From an uncultured Verrucomicrobiae bacterium (GTDB lineage Bacteria; Verrucomicrobiota; Verrucomicrobiia; Chthoniobacterales; JAFAMB01), in contig CAVXLD010000014.1 of assembly GCA_963762565.1 (NCBI GenBank), positions 96,440 to 160,439 on the forward strand: a stretch of DNA of 64,000 bases, written 5' to 3'. Positions 40,241 to 51,300 of the stretch are shown piece by piece. A program made the position numbers and the translations under genes. Below the pieces are notes generated by a model. It was not told the origin of the DNA. It ran no database searches and worked only from the letters and a program-made list of their open reading frames with translations. Position 1 is the first letter of the stretch, and the number at the start of each line of letters is the position of its first letter.

Positions 40241-41269
40241 TTGAAACGCTCGATGCCTGACGCACTCGCCATTGATGCCTCCGACGTTGAAAGCGCTGCC
40301 CGCCTGATCCAGGGCATCGCGATTCGCACGCCGCTACTTGAATATCAGCCGCTCAACGAGGCTGCGGGCGGCCGGGTGTTGGTCAAGTTTGAGGGCGCAC
40401 AACATACCGGATCGTTCAAGTTCCGGGGCGCTTATAACCGGCTAGCGCGGCTCCCAAAGGAGGCGAAAGCCCGAGGCGTGGTGGCTTGGTCATCCGGCAA
40501 TCACGCCCAAGGAGTGGCCGCAGCGGCTCGACGCCTCGGCATCCCGGCCACGATTGTGATGCCTGCCGACGCGCCGTCGATCAAGCTGGAAAACACTCGC
40601 GCGCTGGGCGCCGAAGTGGTGCTTTACGATCGGCTTACGGAATCACGGGAGGAAATCGCCAGGAAACTAGCGACTGCGCGGGGGGCTGCTCTAGTCCCGT
40701 CTTTTGATGATCCCTTCGTAATGGCGGGCCAGGGGACAATCGGGCTCGAGATACTAGATCAGGCGCGGGAAGCGCACGCGAATCTGGCCCGGGTCATAGT
40801 CCCCTGCGGCGGCGGCGGCCTGATCTCCGGCATCGCGACGGCAATCAAAGCGACCACTTCTCAAACTGATATCTATGCGGTCGAACCTGCCGGGTTTGAC
40901 GATACCGCCCGCTCATTAGCAGCCGGCAAACGCGAGGCGATTCGACCAAACGCAACTTCGATTTGCGACGCGCTACTTACGCCTAGTCCCGGGGAACTGA
41001 CCTTGCCGATCAATACGCTCCTTTTATCAGGCGGTTTGGTGGTTACCGATGATCAAGTTCGAGCGGCCATGCGCTTTGCTTTTTCAAGAATGAAATTGGT
41101 GATCGAGCCTGGCGGCGCCGTAGCATTGGCCGCCCTCTTATCCGGTATCGCACCGCCGCCCGCTAGCGGCGGTGACACCGCAGTGGTGGTGTCTGGTTCC
41201 AATGTTGATCCCGCCCTTTACGCCGAAATCATTGGCGGCCGGGAGGGCGCGCGCCTGGAGGCTCGCTGA
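40241..41269 (+). CDS. PLP-dependent threonine/serine dehydratase family protein
   Basis: TGSFKFRGA, SSGNHAQG, PCGGGGL, EPGGA; no ACT domain. Confidence 0.93.
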   Translation: MKRSMPDALAIDASDVESAARLIQGIAIRTPLLEYQPLNEAAGGRVLVKFEGAQHTGSFKFRGAYNRLARLPKEAKARGVVAWSSGNHAQGVAAAARRLGIPATIVMPADAPSIKLENTRALGAEVVLYDRLTESREEIARKLATARGAALVPSFDDPFVMAGQGTIGLEILDQAREAHANLARVIVPCGGGGLISGIATAIKATTSQTDIYAVEPAGFDDTARSLAAGKREAIRPNATSICDALLTPSPGELTLPINTLLLSGGLVVTDDQVRAAMRFAFSRMKLVIEPGGAVALAALLSGIAPPPASGGDTAVVVSGSNVDPALYAEIIGGREGARLEAR

Positions 41270-41455
41270 ATAGCAAAACCTAAACGTGTATTTTCATCTA
41301 GGATCAAACCACGTCCTCAACTTCGTTAGCCTTCGGATCGCGAGGATCCGACGTCGCCAGCGCCGTGAAGAAAAGACCCACGAAAGAAGGCTATGTCGGA
41401 CAGGCAGCGATCCCTCCCCGCGATGGACGCCCCACCCTTCGGAGCCCGATCGCCT

Positions 41456-41870
41456 CTACTCGTGGTAATGCAGTGGTTTCAGATTCTGGACCTCCGTCTT
41501 GCCCTGTAAGTCGTATACGACCTGGAGTGAGGGCTTAAAATGAAGCGGATTTTTCCCCGTGTCGGCTTTGATGTAATAGGTGGCTCCGGCTTGCAGTTTG
41601 AGGCGTTGTTGGGCGGTTGATTCTGTCGTCAGAGTAAACAGGTGGACGCCGGGATTAGCAGATAGCAAATAGGAAATTGAGATGCGCCCCGATGTCGAGG
41701 CCATTATCTTGGATGTCGAAGGTGACGGCGCCGCCTGGAGCGTAGTGAGTACGATAAAAATAGACGGTGGCGAATTTCGGGTTAGGCGCGTGATTCGAAC
41801 TCTGGGGAACCGAAGCGCAGCTAGATAATAAGCACAGAACCAGCGGGAGGAACTTGACTGGTTTGATCAT
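41456..41870 (-). pseudogene. Frameshifted DUF2846-like lipoprotein
   Basis: Lipobox LSSC and ATVYFYR in 41655-41870; ANPGVH...AGATYYIK in 41456-41704; frame switch near 41660-41685. Confidence 0.75.
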
Positions 41871-42167
41871 AGATTGTCGTAACCGTAGGCGGGAGGTTGG
41901 GGGAGTTCAAGGCCTGCCGTGACGTAGGCTTTGCGAAGTCGGGGATTCAAATTTGGTAGGGCGAGGCTCCAGAATGATCCCTGGTTATAGCGAAGTCCTG
42001 GATATTTGGCGGCCGCTCGACGCTGTTACGCCATAAAACGCGCCGAGCCGTGTTCTATCGCTGGCCCCCGGTAACGCCGCACTTGGAATTTGCCCGTCGC
42101 ATCTGCTATTTGCTATTTGCTATTTTGACTATTGCGCTCGTCGTAAAAACAGCGCTAGGTTTTCCCA

Positions 42168-43286
42168 ATGAAGACAATCGTGGTCGGGGCAGGGATAGCC
42201 GGCGCTAGCGCGGCATTCCATCTCACGGAGTTGGGCGTAGAAGTTGATATTGTCGATACCGATGCTCCGGGCCGAGCGACTTATGCCGGGGCGGGTATCA
42301 TCTGTCCCTGGCTTTCCAAAAACAGCGACCAACAGTATCAGACCCTTTCGTTTGCCGCTTTCAGATACTACCAGCCCCTCGTAACCCGGCTCGAGTCTCT
42401 GGGCCAAACCGGGGTCCAATATGACCTGGTTGGCGGGCTGGCAGTCGGCGAGTCGCGTGATCAACTCGATCCGATCGTCCAGCGCTTAGAAAAACATTTA
42501 GATAATGGGGTCAAAGAGGTTGGCGATATCCGTGTCCTCGATAAAGGCGGCCCGAAAGAATTGTTCCCTTACCTCGATCCCGGGTTAGCGGGCGTTTACT
42601 TGAGCGGCGCCGCCCGTTTGTCGGGAGAATCCGTCAGGAACGCCCTGCTGCGAGCCGCGACCCAAGCCGGCGCTCGAAAATTATCCGGGACCGCTGTGTT
42701 GGAGAGCTCGAGTGACTCGGTTGTGGGCATCCGCATTAACGGCGACCTGTTCCGGGCCGACTCCGTTATCGTCGCCGGCGGCGCATGGTCGGCAAACCTA
42801 TGCCGTCCTCTGGGTCTCGAACTCGGTCTTGAACCTCAACGAGGTCAAATCCTTCATCTGAAAGTTGAGGAGACAAACACTGGCGACTGGCCCGTGATTG
42901 TCCCGGTTCTAAATGACTATTATCTATTGGCATTTCCAGACTCTCGCATTGTGGTTGGCGCCACCCGAGAGACCGGCTCCGGGTTCGACTGCAGAGTCAC
43001 CGCCGGTGGTGTCGCAGAAGTATTGCGCGAGGGGCTCGCCCTCGCTCCCGACCTACAAAAAGCAACATTAGCTGAGGTTAGAGTTGGGCTCCGGCCCATG
43101 ACCAAGGATGGTTTGCCTCTAATTGGTCGTCCGGCTCAGCTCAAAGGTTTGATCATCGCGACGGGCATGGGCCGCTACGGTCTCACGGTCGGCCCCTACG
43201 CCGGAAAGCTTGCCGCCCAGGTGGCGACCGGCCAATCCACTGACATCGATCTCACTCCATATGCACCGGACCGCTGGACCTTATAG
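42168..43286 (+). CDS. FAD-dependent oxidoreductase (DAO/glycine oxidase family)
   Basis: VGAGIAG, ATYAGAG, PQRGQI, VGLRPMTKDGLPLIG. Confidence 0.93.
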   Translation: MKTIVVGAGIAGASAAFHLTELGVEVDIVDTDAPGRATYAGAGIICPWLSKNSDQQYQTLSFAAFRYYQPLVTRLESLGQTGVQYDLVGGLAVGESRDQLDPIVQRLEKHLDNGVKEVGDIRVLDKGGPKELFPYLDPGLAGVYLSGAARLSGESVRNALLRAATQAGARKLSGTAVLESSSDSVVGIRINGDLFRADSVIVAGGAWSANLCRPLGLELGLEPQRGQILHLKVEETNTGDWPVIVPVLNDYYLLAFPDSRIVVGATRETGSGFDCRVTAGGVAEVLREGLALAPDLQKATLAEVRVGLRPMTKDGLPLIGRPAQLKGLIIATGMGRYGLTVGPYAGKLAAQVATGQSTDIDLTPYAPDRWTL

Positions 43287-43303
43287 GTGTCGCACGCCCA
43301 AGA

Positions 43304-43514
43304 CCTGGAGGGGAGCCGCTTTGGAGCATGGCAGTTCTATCCGTCGGCAGCAAGCGGCTCCCGGGAATAACCTAGCGTGAATTTTGCCCCGCGGCGCTTT
43401 CAGAAACTGATTGAACCCGTGCTCCATAGACCTGCATCATCCTGGGCTGTTCCCGGGAGCCGCTTGCAGCCAACCGATAGAACTTGCCGCACTACAAAGC
43501 GGCTCCCCTCCAGG
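43304..43514. repeat. CTGGAGGGGAGCCGCTTTG-ended foldback element, copy 1
   Basis: About 64-bp arms at 43304-43367 and 43450-43514. Confidence 0.9.
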
Positions 43515-43597
43515 CCCTGGACCGATCCTGCACGCTGTGCGTTGGTAAAATTAGCCGGGAGATCGTAAAACAATTATTCTTCCGCAACGACCTTCAC

Positions 43598-45700
43598 ATG
43601 GATCCGCAGCAGGCGCTTGAGCAATACTTCGGGTTTCGCGAGTTCAGAGAACCGCAGCGCGAAATTATCTCCGAGATTCTTTCCGGCCAAGACGTGTTTG
43701 TGGTTATGCCCACCGGAGGCGGCAAGTCGCTCTGCTACCAACTTCCGGCGGTTCTGATGGATGGAGTGACGATCGTCGTTTCTCCTTTGGTGGCATTGAT
43801 GAAGGATCAGGTTGATAGCCTGTCCTCCCGAGAAATAGCGGCAACGCTCATCAATAGCACCATCTCAGGCGCAGAACAGCAGGAGCGGATCCGCCGGATG
43901 CGCCAAGGCGAGTACCGCCTGGTCTATATCGCGCCAGAACGATTCCGGAGCCGGTCTTTCTTGCAAGCATTGGGCCAGGTTACGATTGCTTTGTTTGCGG
44001 TCGACGAAGCTCACTGCATGTCCCAATGGGGCCACGATTTCCGACCCGATTATTTTCGCCTGGGCCAGGTACTCGATGAGCTCGGGCGACCGCAAGTCGC
44101 CGCTTTTACCGCCACCGCCACACCCGAAGTGCGGGCCGATATCGTCGACCGCCTCGGTTTGAGTGAACCCAAGATTTTTGTGGCCGGATTTGCGCGGCCA
44201 AACCTTCGATTCGTAGTGACTGAAATGACCGGCGAGGCGCAAAAGTATGAGCGTCTGCGCGAACTGATCCGCCGGCATCGAACCGGGATAGTCTATTGCG
44301 CGACGCGAAAGCGGGTCGACCAAGTCGGCGACCAGCTCGAGTCCTGGGGTATCAGAGTCGCGCGATATCATGGCGGGATCGATGATGATGCCCGAGAAGC
44401 GGCCCAAAACCGCTTCACCCAAAACGACTGCGATATCGTAGTGGCGACCAATGCGTTTGGCATGGGGATTGACCGCGCTGATTTGCGATTTGTCGCTCAC
44501 TTCGAACTCCCCGGTTCTATCGAGGCTTATTACCAAGAAGCCGGACGAGCCGGTCGCGATGGAGAACCGGCCGAGTGCGAACTCTTGTTCAATTACGCGG
44601 ATACTCGGGTTCAGGAATTCTTCATCGACGGTAGTAATCCATCGATCGATCTCATCCGCCGGCTCTACCTGCTGTTATGCCGTCTGGCTAATGAATCCGG
44701 TGAACTTGTGGTGCCGATGAAAGACCTCGCTGCGCGGCTGGACAGCGACAACAACGACATGGCCATCCGATCCGCCCTGACTATCCTTGACCGGCACAAC
44801 ATTATCGATCGATTTGATGTCCCAGGTCGACGGGTGGCGGGAATCAAGTTGGTAAAACGCGACCTGCGCCCGCTCGAATTGCCCATTGATACCCGAGCTT
44901 TACAAGAAAAGGAAAAACGGGACCGGGCAAAACTTAAGGCCATGGTGGCCTACGCTTACGGCCGGGAATGTCGGCAAAAGATGATCCTCCGATATTTTGG
45001 GGATCCAGAGCTGAACAACTGCGGAGCCTGCGATCAATGCTTGACCAATCGTGTTGAGAAACTCCGTCCGCCTACAGAAGATGAATTACTCTTGGTGCGT
45101 AAAACATTCAGCTGTATCGCTCGGATGTGTTTTCGATCGGAGGAAGGATTCGTGCCTCGTTTTGGTCGCAATCGGGTGATCCAGGTGCTGCTCGGGAGCA
45201 AGGCTAAGGAAATCGTCGATGCCCGGCTCGATGAGCTCACGACCTATGGTTTGCTCAAGACCAGCTCGGCTAACTACCTGTATGAACTATTTCGCGAGCT
45301 GGAAGAAGCGAAGTTGATTTATTCCACGGGCGGCCAATACCCGATGATCGGATTGACCGAACTCGGAGTCGCCGTAATGCAAAATCGAGAAAGGTTTAGT
45401 TTGGTATGGCCCGAAGAACCGAAGCGACCGGTAACCAGAAAATCGGAGCCTGGGTTTCAAGTTGAAGCACCGTTTGATGCATCACTATTCGAAGCCCTAC
45501 GTCGGACCCGGGCAGCATTAGCCCAGGACCAAGGCGGTGTGCCACACTACGTGATCTTTCCGGACGAAACTCTCAAAGCGTTTGCCCGGATCAAGCCTTC
45601 CTCAATTGAAGCCGCTCGCCGGATCCGGGGCGTTGGGGAGATCAAGGCTCAAAAATACGTTCCCGCTTTCCTGGCCACCATCGAGGAGTACGGCGGGTGA
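43598..45700 (+). CDS. recQ: ATP-dependent DNA helicase RecQ family
   Basis: [44 protein letters not shown], Zn-binding Cys cluster, RQC and HRDC domains; start reassigned to 43598. Confidence 0.95.
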   Translation: MDPQQALEQYFGFREFREPQREIISEILSGQDVFVVMPTGGGKSLCYQLPAVLMDGVTIVVSPLVALMKDQVDSLSSREIAATLINSTISGAEQQERIRRMRQGEYRLVYIAPERFRSRSFLQALGQVTIALFAVDEAHCMSQWGHDFRPDYFRLGQVLDELGRPQVAAFTATATPEVRADIVDRLGLSEPKIFVAGFARPNLRFVVTEMTGEAQKYERLRELIRRHRTGIVYCATRKRVDQVGDQLESWGIRVARYHGGIDDDAREAAQNRFTQNDCDIVVATNAFGMGIDRADLRFVAHFELPGSIEAYYQEAGRAGRDGEPAECELLFNYADTRVQEFFIDGSNPSIDLIRRLYLLLCRLANESGELVVPMKDLAARLDSDNNDMAIRSALTILDRHNIIDRFDVPGRRVAGIKLVKRDLRPLELPIDTRALQEKEKRDRAKLKAMVAYAYGRECRQKMILRYFGDPELNNCGACDQCLTNRVEKLRPPTEDELLLVRKTFSCIARMCFRSEEGFVPRFGRNRVIQVLLGSKAKEIVDARLDELTTYGLLKTSSANYLYELFRELEEAKLIYSTGGQYPMIGLTELGVAVMQNRERFSLVWPEEPKRPVTRKSEPGFQVEAPFDASLFEALRRTRAALAQDQGGVPHYVIFPDETLKAFARIKPSSIEAARRIRGVGEIKAQKYVPAFLATIEEYGG

Positions 45701-45768
45701 TGGGCATGACTTCGTTCTCGTTTTTCGAGCGAGGTTGAACGTTGTTGAAGCGTGTGATTGTCCAAGAT

Positions 45769-46047
45769 CTGGAGGGGAGCCGCTTTGGCGCGTATCTCGC
45801 CAGCCTCGCGATATTCGTCTCAACATTAATCTAGCCGGAACCCGTAAGAACAGGCGGCTCCCGGGAACTGCCCCGCGGTTTGCGGCTCGAACTGGCGAGG
45901 CTGTATAGAGAATCCGAAGCGATCAGGGAAATGCTTCACGGTGGGTGATTCCCGGGAGCCGCCTGTTGCGACATTTCTTGGCCGAATCGGGCGCTAAAAC
46001 AAATACCGCGAGGTCGCGAATGACGCGCCAAAGCGGCTCCCCTCCAG
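45769..46047. repeat. CTGGAGGGGAGCCGCTTTG-ended foldback element, copy 2
   Basis: About 99-bp imperfect arms at 45769-45867 and 45949-46047. Confidence 0.88.
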
Positions 46048-46274
46048 GCCCTGGGAACAAAGGCACCGCATCGACGTGCCGGATTCCAGTACGAGGACAG
46101 CGGCTCGACTGAGCCCGCCGAAGTCTTGCCCGACGCCCGTTTTTGGAATTTCGGAGTACTTTTCGATGCCGCTTATGCGGCATCTTCCAGCCCGATTTTT
46201 GCCTCCCGCACTCTCCAGCACCCGAAAACTAGACACTCCTTTAGATGTGTGACCGATCGACGCAAAAAGCGGGC

Positions 46275-46793
46275 TTACTGTGCTGCCTCAAACAAGAACC
46301 AGGTTCGCCGCTCCGTTTCATCGATCCAATTCTCGATCAAACTGGCAGTCGCGACATCGTTGTGTTGGTCACAAATCTCGTGGGTAGCACGCAAAAATTT
46401 TGTTAGTTGCTGATTGTCGGCCGCCAGCTCGGCTAACATCTCTTTTGGAGCAACAAACTCGGCGTTGTTATCCGGCAGCCGTTGATGTTCGGCGATATCG
46501 CTAACCGATCGCAAGGTGGTCCCGCCAATTTTACGAGCCCGTTCCGCAATTTCGTCCGTCATCGCGAAAATCTGTTCGCCCTGTTCGTCCAACAACAAGT
46601 GATAATCGCGGAAATGCGGTCCGCTCATGTGCCAATGGAAGTTCTTCGTCTTAACATAAAGTCCGAACACGTCAGCTAAGAGCTCGCGGAGAGAACTTGA
46701 GATCTCCCTTACGCCGTCAGGGTTAAGATCGGACGGAGTCCTCAGCGCAGCGGCGGTTGGGTCCTCCAGTTGGGTCGAACTATTTTTGCTCAT
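46275..46793 (-). CDS. dps: DNA starvation/stationary phase protection protein Dps
   Basis: KTKNFHWHMSGPHFRDYHLLLDE, DEIAER, ERRTWFL. Confidence 0.96.
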   Translation of the reverse strand: MSKNSSTQLEDPTAAALRTPSDLNPDGVREISSSLRELLADVFGLYVKTKNFHWHMSGPHFRDYHLLLDEQGEQIFAMTDEIAERARKIGGTTLRSVSDIAEHQRLPDNNAEFVAPKEMLAELAADNQQLTKFLRATHEICDQHNDVATASLIENWIDETERRTWFLFEAAQ

Positions 46794-46924
46794 TATTTTT
46801 CTCCTTACCGCCGCAAACTCGGCTTCCCCCAGCGCAGTGGCAACTAAGGTTTTGAAGAAACGCTCCCCGAGGTGTGCTTTTACGCCAGCAGGTCGTGTTT
46901 TTTACCGCGAAGCGGTTGCAAATT

Positions 46925-47051
46925 GGGGAGGGCGCGCGTCCCCGCGCGCCGCGAGGACGTGCCCCAACTTGAAGGTGTATTTCCGTCCGCGATTACGACA
47001 CATGCCCGGCTTTCGGTAATCCGGCGGATCGCGGGGACGCGATCCCTCCCC
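46925..47051. repeat. GGGAGGG-ended REP-like palindromic element
   Basis: GGGGAGGGCGCGCGTCCCCGCG...CGCGGGGACGCGATCCCTCCCC; left part is the reverse complement of 3733-3780. Confidence 0.85.
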
Positions 47052-47092
47052 AACGATCCGGGAGGCATGCCAGCGTTCCCGGCGTCTCCCAA

Positions 47093-48298
47093 CTAACTCT
47101 GCACCGACACAACCATCCCTTCCTGCAGGTCGTCGGTCGGATTTTGTACGACCAAGTCGTCAGGATTTAATCCGCTGATAATCTCCGATTTGGAGCCGAA
47201 ATCGCGACCCAGAGTAATCGTTTTAAAATGGATTTTGTGCTCAGAATCGACCGTTGCTACCCGGGTGCCCTTAGAATCGATCACAATCGTATTGTCAGGA
47301 AGGTACATAAGCGGATGTGGGTCCGGCGCTGACAAGGTCACATGGGCAAACATGCCTGCGTAGAGGCGGCCATCCGGGTTGGGGACATCCACTTCTAACA
47401 AGATGGTCCTAGATTCCTGATCGAAAGCTCCTGCATCTCTGGCCACTTTTCCTGTAAATGTCTCGTTCGGATACTCATCCACTTTCACCGTCGCGAACGT
47501 TCCAGGCTGAACCCGGCCAATGTTAGACTGCGGCACGTTCACAAAGACTCGTACGGGATCGGATTGCGCAAGATCGAATAACTTTTGGACAGTCCTCGCG
47601 CTCCCTGAAGTCACCAACGAACCCACATCAACATAGCGCGCGGTGATAACACCGTCGAACGGAGCCCTGACTTGTTCGTACGCTTTCATCTGCTTCGCGT
47701 TCTCCAGACTCGCAGTAGCATTGTCTTCGGTTGCCTGTTGCACTTGTTCAGTAGCCAGGACGGTGTCGAGTTCCTGCTGAGAATTAACCTTATTAGTAAA
47801 GAGTTGCTGAGATCGCGCCGAATTGGTCTGGGCAAGTTTTAGGTTGGCCTGGGCAAGCTCCAGCTGGGCCTGAGCCTCGCGCAGGTTGGCATCGACTTGT
47901 GGCGCCTCAATATCGGCTAGCACCTGGCCCTCATGAACATGATCCCCAATATCAACGTACCAACGCTTCAGGTAACCATCGACCCGAGCGTAGATCGAAG
48001 TCGATCGATCAGCTTCGATATTTCCCGGCAGAATCAACGGCGCCCTCGCGTCGGTCTGAGTTGGCTTAACCACGATAACCGTCTTATTGTTGGCCGCCGC
48101 AGCGAGGACAGCCAACTCCCGGCTATTCTGCAGCCGGGGGTTGATAGCCAAAAAATAGACGCCCACGGCTAGTCCCAGAATTATGATGGACGCGATCAGC
48201 AACCGGCGCTTCGATCGCCCCGTTGATTCCGAATTAACCGGCGTCGGATTATTGACGGGCCCGTCAGCTGTTTCCTTCTCTTTAGTATGAGTATTCAT
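47093..48298 (-). CDS. RND efflux periplasmic adaptor subunit
   Basis: TM anchor, IYARVDGYL, VDIGD-V--G, RAPFDGVIT, LGRDFG. Confidence 0.95.
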   Translation of the reverse strand: MNTHTKEKETADGPVNNPTPVNSESTGRSKRRLLIASIIILGLAVGVYFLAINPRLQNSRELAVLAAAANNKTVIVVKPTQTDARAPLILPGNIEADRSTSIYARVDGYLKRWYVDIGDHVHEGQVLADIEAPQVDANLREAQAQLELAQANLKLAQTNSARSQQLFTNKVNSQQELDTVLATEQVQQATEDNATASLENAKQMKAYEQVRAPFDGVITARYVDVGSLVTSGSARTVQKLFDLAQSDPVRVFVNVPQSNIGRVQPGTFATVKVDEYPNETFTGKVARDAGAFDQESRTILLEVDVPNPDGRLYAGMFAHVTLSAPDPHPLMYLPDNTIVIDSKGTRVATVDSEHKIHFKTITLGRDFGSKSEIISGLNPDDLVVQNPTDDLQEGMVVSVQS

Positions 48299-48332
48299 AG
48301 GTTTTCACCTTTAACTTTTCACCAATCACTAA

Positions 48333-51300
48333 TCACTTCTCACTAGCCCCAGCAGCCTCCAACGCCTCTTCACTCAACCCAACCCGCAGACGCGGATGCA
48401 GCACCCGCGCATGATATTCCCGCCGCATCATCCGATAGACCACCGGCACAAAAAACAGAGTGAAGAAGGTCGCAAATAATAACCCGCCGATCACCGCGCG
48501 GCCGAGTGGAGCGTTTTGTTCGCCGCCGCTGCCGAGCCCCAAAGACATCGGCAACATGCCGAGAATCATGGCTAGCGCGGTCATCATCACCGGGCGCAGC
48601 CGGGTAAACCCGGCGGACAGAGCGGCATCAAATCCGTTCTTACCAGAACGCAACTCATCGTTGGCGAATGTGACCATCAAAATACTGTTAGATGTGGCAA
48701 CTCCAATACACATAATTGCTCCCATCAGAGCAGGGACGCTAATAGGGGTGCGGGTCAGAAACAGTATCCACACTATGCCGGTCAACGCACCCGGCAATGC
48801 CGTGATAATAATAAAAGGATCGGTCCAGCTCTGAAAATTGACCACCATCAGAAAATAAACCAGCAGGATGGCAAATCCGAGGCCGACACCTAATCCGAGA
48901 TAGGAACTATACATGCTTTGTACCTGCCCTCTGATTACCAGAGTAGTGCCTCGGGGCAGATGTTGCCGTTCTGCATTCACAATCTTTTGCACCTGACTGG
49001 CAACCGATCCCAAATCCTGGTCCTGCACGTTGGCGTAAACATCAAACACGGGCTGCACATTGTAATGGCTCACCACAATCGGCACGGCAGCGTGTTGGAT
49101 GGTGGCGAGATTGCTAAGCAGCTGTGGCTGAGGAATGTCGGTACCGGTTAGCCCGGCCAATGGTGTTTGATAGCCGCCGTTGCCCGCCTTCGGGTTTGGC
49201 AAACCGGGAGCGCTGAGCGCGATGGGCGTGTGTAAGATGTCCGGAACATCATTGATTTTATATTGCGGCGTCTGAACCGAAATGAGGTAGCTGACTCCAT
49301 TCTCGGGATTGAGCCAGAAATTTGGAGCCGTTTGTCCGCTTCCGCTAAGAGACACAAGCAAATTATCGGCTATTTGTTTCTCAGTTAACCCTAGCTGTTC
49401 TGCCCGGGTTCGATCGACATTGATCTGCAAAGCGGGGTAGTCGGTGATTTGGTGAACATTAACGTCGACCGCCCCTGGGATTGCCGCCATCTGCCGGCGC
49501 AAATCCTCCGCGATCTGATAGTTTTCGGGGTTATGCCCAACCACCTGAACATCGATCGGAGCTGGTAGCCCGGCGTTCAGGGTCTGGCTCACGATATCCG
49601 CTGGCTGCGTGAAGAAGCTGTAATCGGGAAACTTTTTATTCAGGATCTGGCGGATCTTCTTCACATACGCCGCAGTTGGTCCGTGATGTTTTTTGTTCAG
49701 CGATACCAGGATTTCACCGTCCGATACACTGATGGTGGCGGTGTCGCTCAGCGCGAGATTCAAATTCATTGGTAGTCCGATGTTATCCAGGACCATATCA
49801 ATTTCGTCTTTCGGAATAACGCTCCGGATGACCTGCTCAACTTGAGTGAAGACATGCTGGGTGTCCTCAATACGAGTTCCCACCGGAGCACTGACGTGGA
49901 GCCGGAATTGGCCGGTATCGACTGAGGGAAAAAAGTCTTCACCTAAGACGGGCGTCAGCAGAACCAACGAAAGCACAACCAGGGCAATCGCGCCGCCTAG
50001 CACTAAGCGAGCATGTTGCAGGCACCAGGTTAGTCGAGCCACATAAAAGTTCCGCAGCTTGTCGAATTGGCGATTAAACCCTTCATGAATTCGGGTGAAT
50101 AACCCTGGAGCGTGCCTCGCTCGCGAGGCCGAAGCCGAGGCACCGGCTTCTTGCTCCTGAACTCCTGCAAGTCCTGAACTCCTGAACTCCTTCTTCCCTC
50201 CTTCCAGAAAATTGACCATCGTCGGCACTACCGTTCGCGATAGCAGGTAGGAAGCCATCATGGCGAACACGACCGCCATCGCTAGAGGCGAGAATAGGAA
50301 ATAGGCATTTCCGCTTAAGAAGAATATTGGGACGAAGACGATGCAGATACACAACGTCGCCACCAATGCCGGGGTCGCGATTTCCTGTGCACCGTCCAGG
50401 ATCGCATCGATCATCGATTTCCCCATCCCGAGGTTTCGATGAATGTTCTCGACTTCAACGGTGGCGTCATCGACCAGGATGCCAACAGCTAGGGCGAGCC
50501 CGCCTAACGTCATGATATTGATCGTTTGGCCGAGCACGTGAAGGACGATGATCGACGTGCAGATCGAGAGTGGAATCGAGGTGGCAACCACCAGAGTGCT
50601 GCGCCAGGATCCCAGAAAGAGAAGGATCATGACGGCCGTCAACCCTCCCGCGATGGCTCCCTCGCGAAGCACTTCGAAAAGCGCGGAGCTAACAAACACC
50701 GATTGGTCAAAGAGCGGGGTGATCTGGAGATCTTTGGGTAAGGTAGCTGCGATTTTGGGCAACGTTTTCAGCACCCTGGACACGACATCCAAAGTTGAGG
50801 CATCGCCATTTTTGAGCACCGGCAAAAGCGCGGCTTTAATCCCGTTCGATACCACCATGTTGACCTGGGGCGTATATCCATCGTGGACGTTAGCGACGTC
50901 CCGAATATAGACGGTTGTGCCATTGACCTGCTTGAGTGGTAAGTTGTTGATCGCTTGGATGGTATCGGTGTTGCCATTGAACAACACGTCATACTCGCGC
51001 TTCCCGATCTTGGCCGTGCCGGACGGGATGATAACACTTTGCTGATTGATCGCGGCGCTCACTTCGTCCGGCGAAATTCCATATGCTTGTAGCGCACGTG
51101 GATTCAGATCGACCGCTACTGCCCGAGTTTTCCCGCCGTAGGGCAACGGGATCGATGCCCCTTGCACCGTCGCTAGCTGGGTCCGGATGAAGTTCGTCGC
51201 GTAGTCGTAAAGCTGTTGCTCAGAAAACTTTTCTCCACCGATGCTGAGCTCCAAAACCGGTACATTTGCGGCATTGTAGCTAAGAATGTTGGGCGCAGTG

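Noticed and set aside
10498..43286. Classical integron
   Set aside because: No tyrosine recombinase gene, mixed gene orientations, and no consistent RYYYAAC...GTTRRRY boundaries seen.
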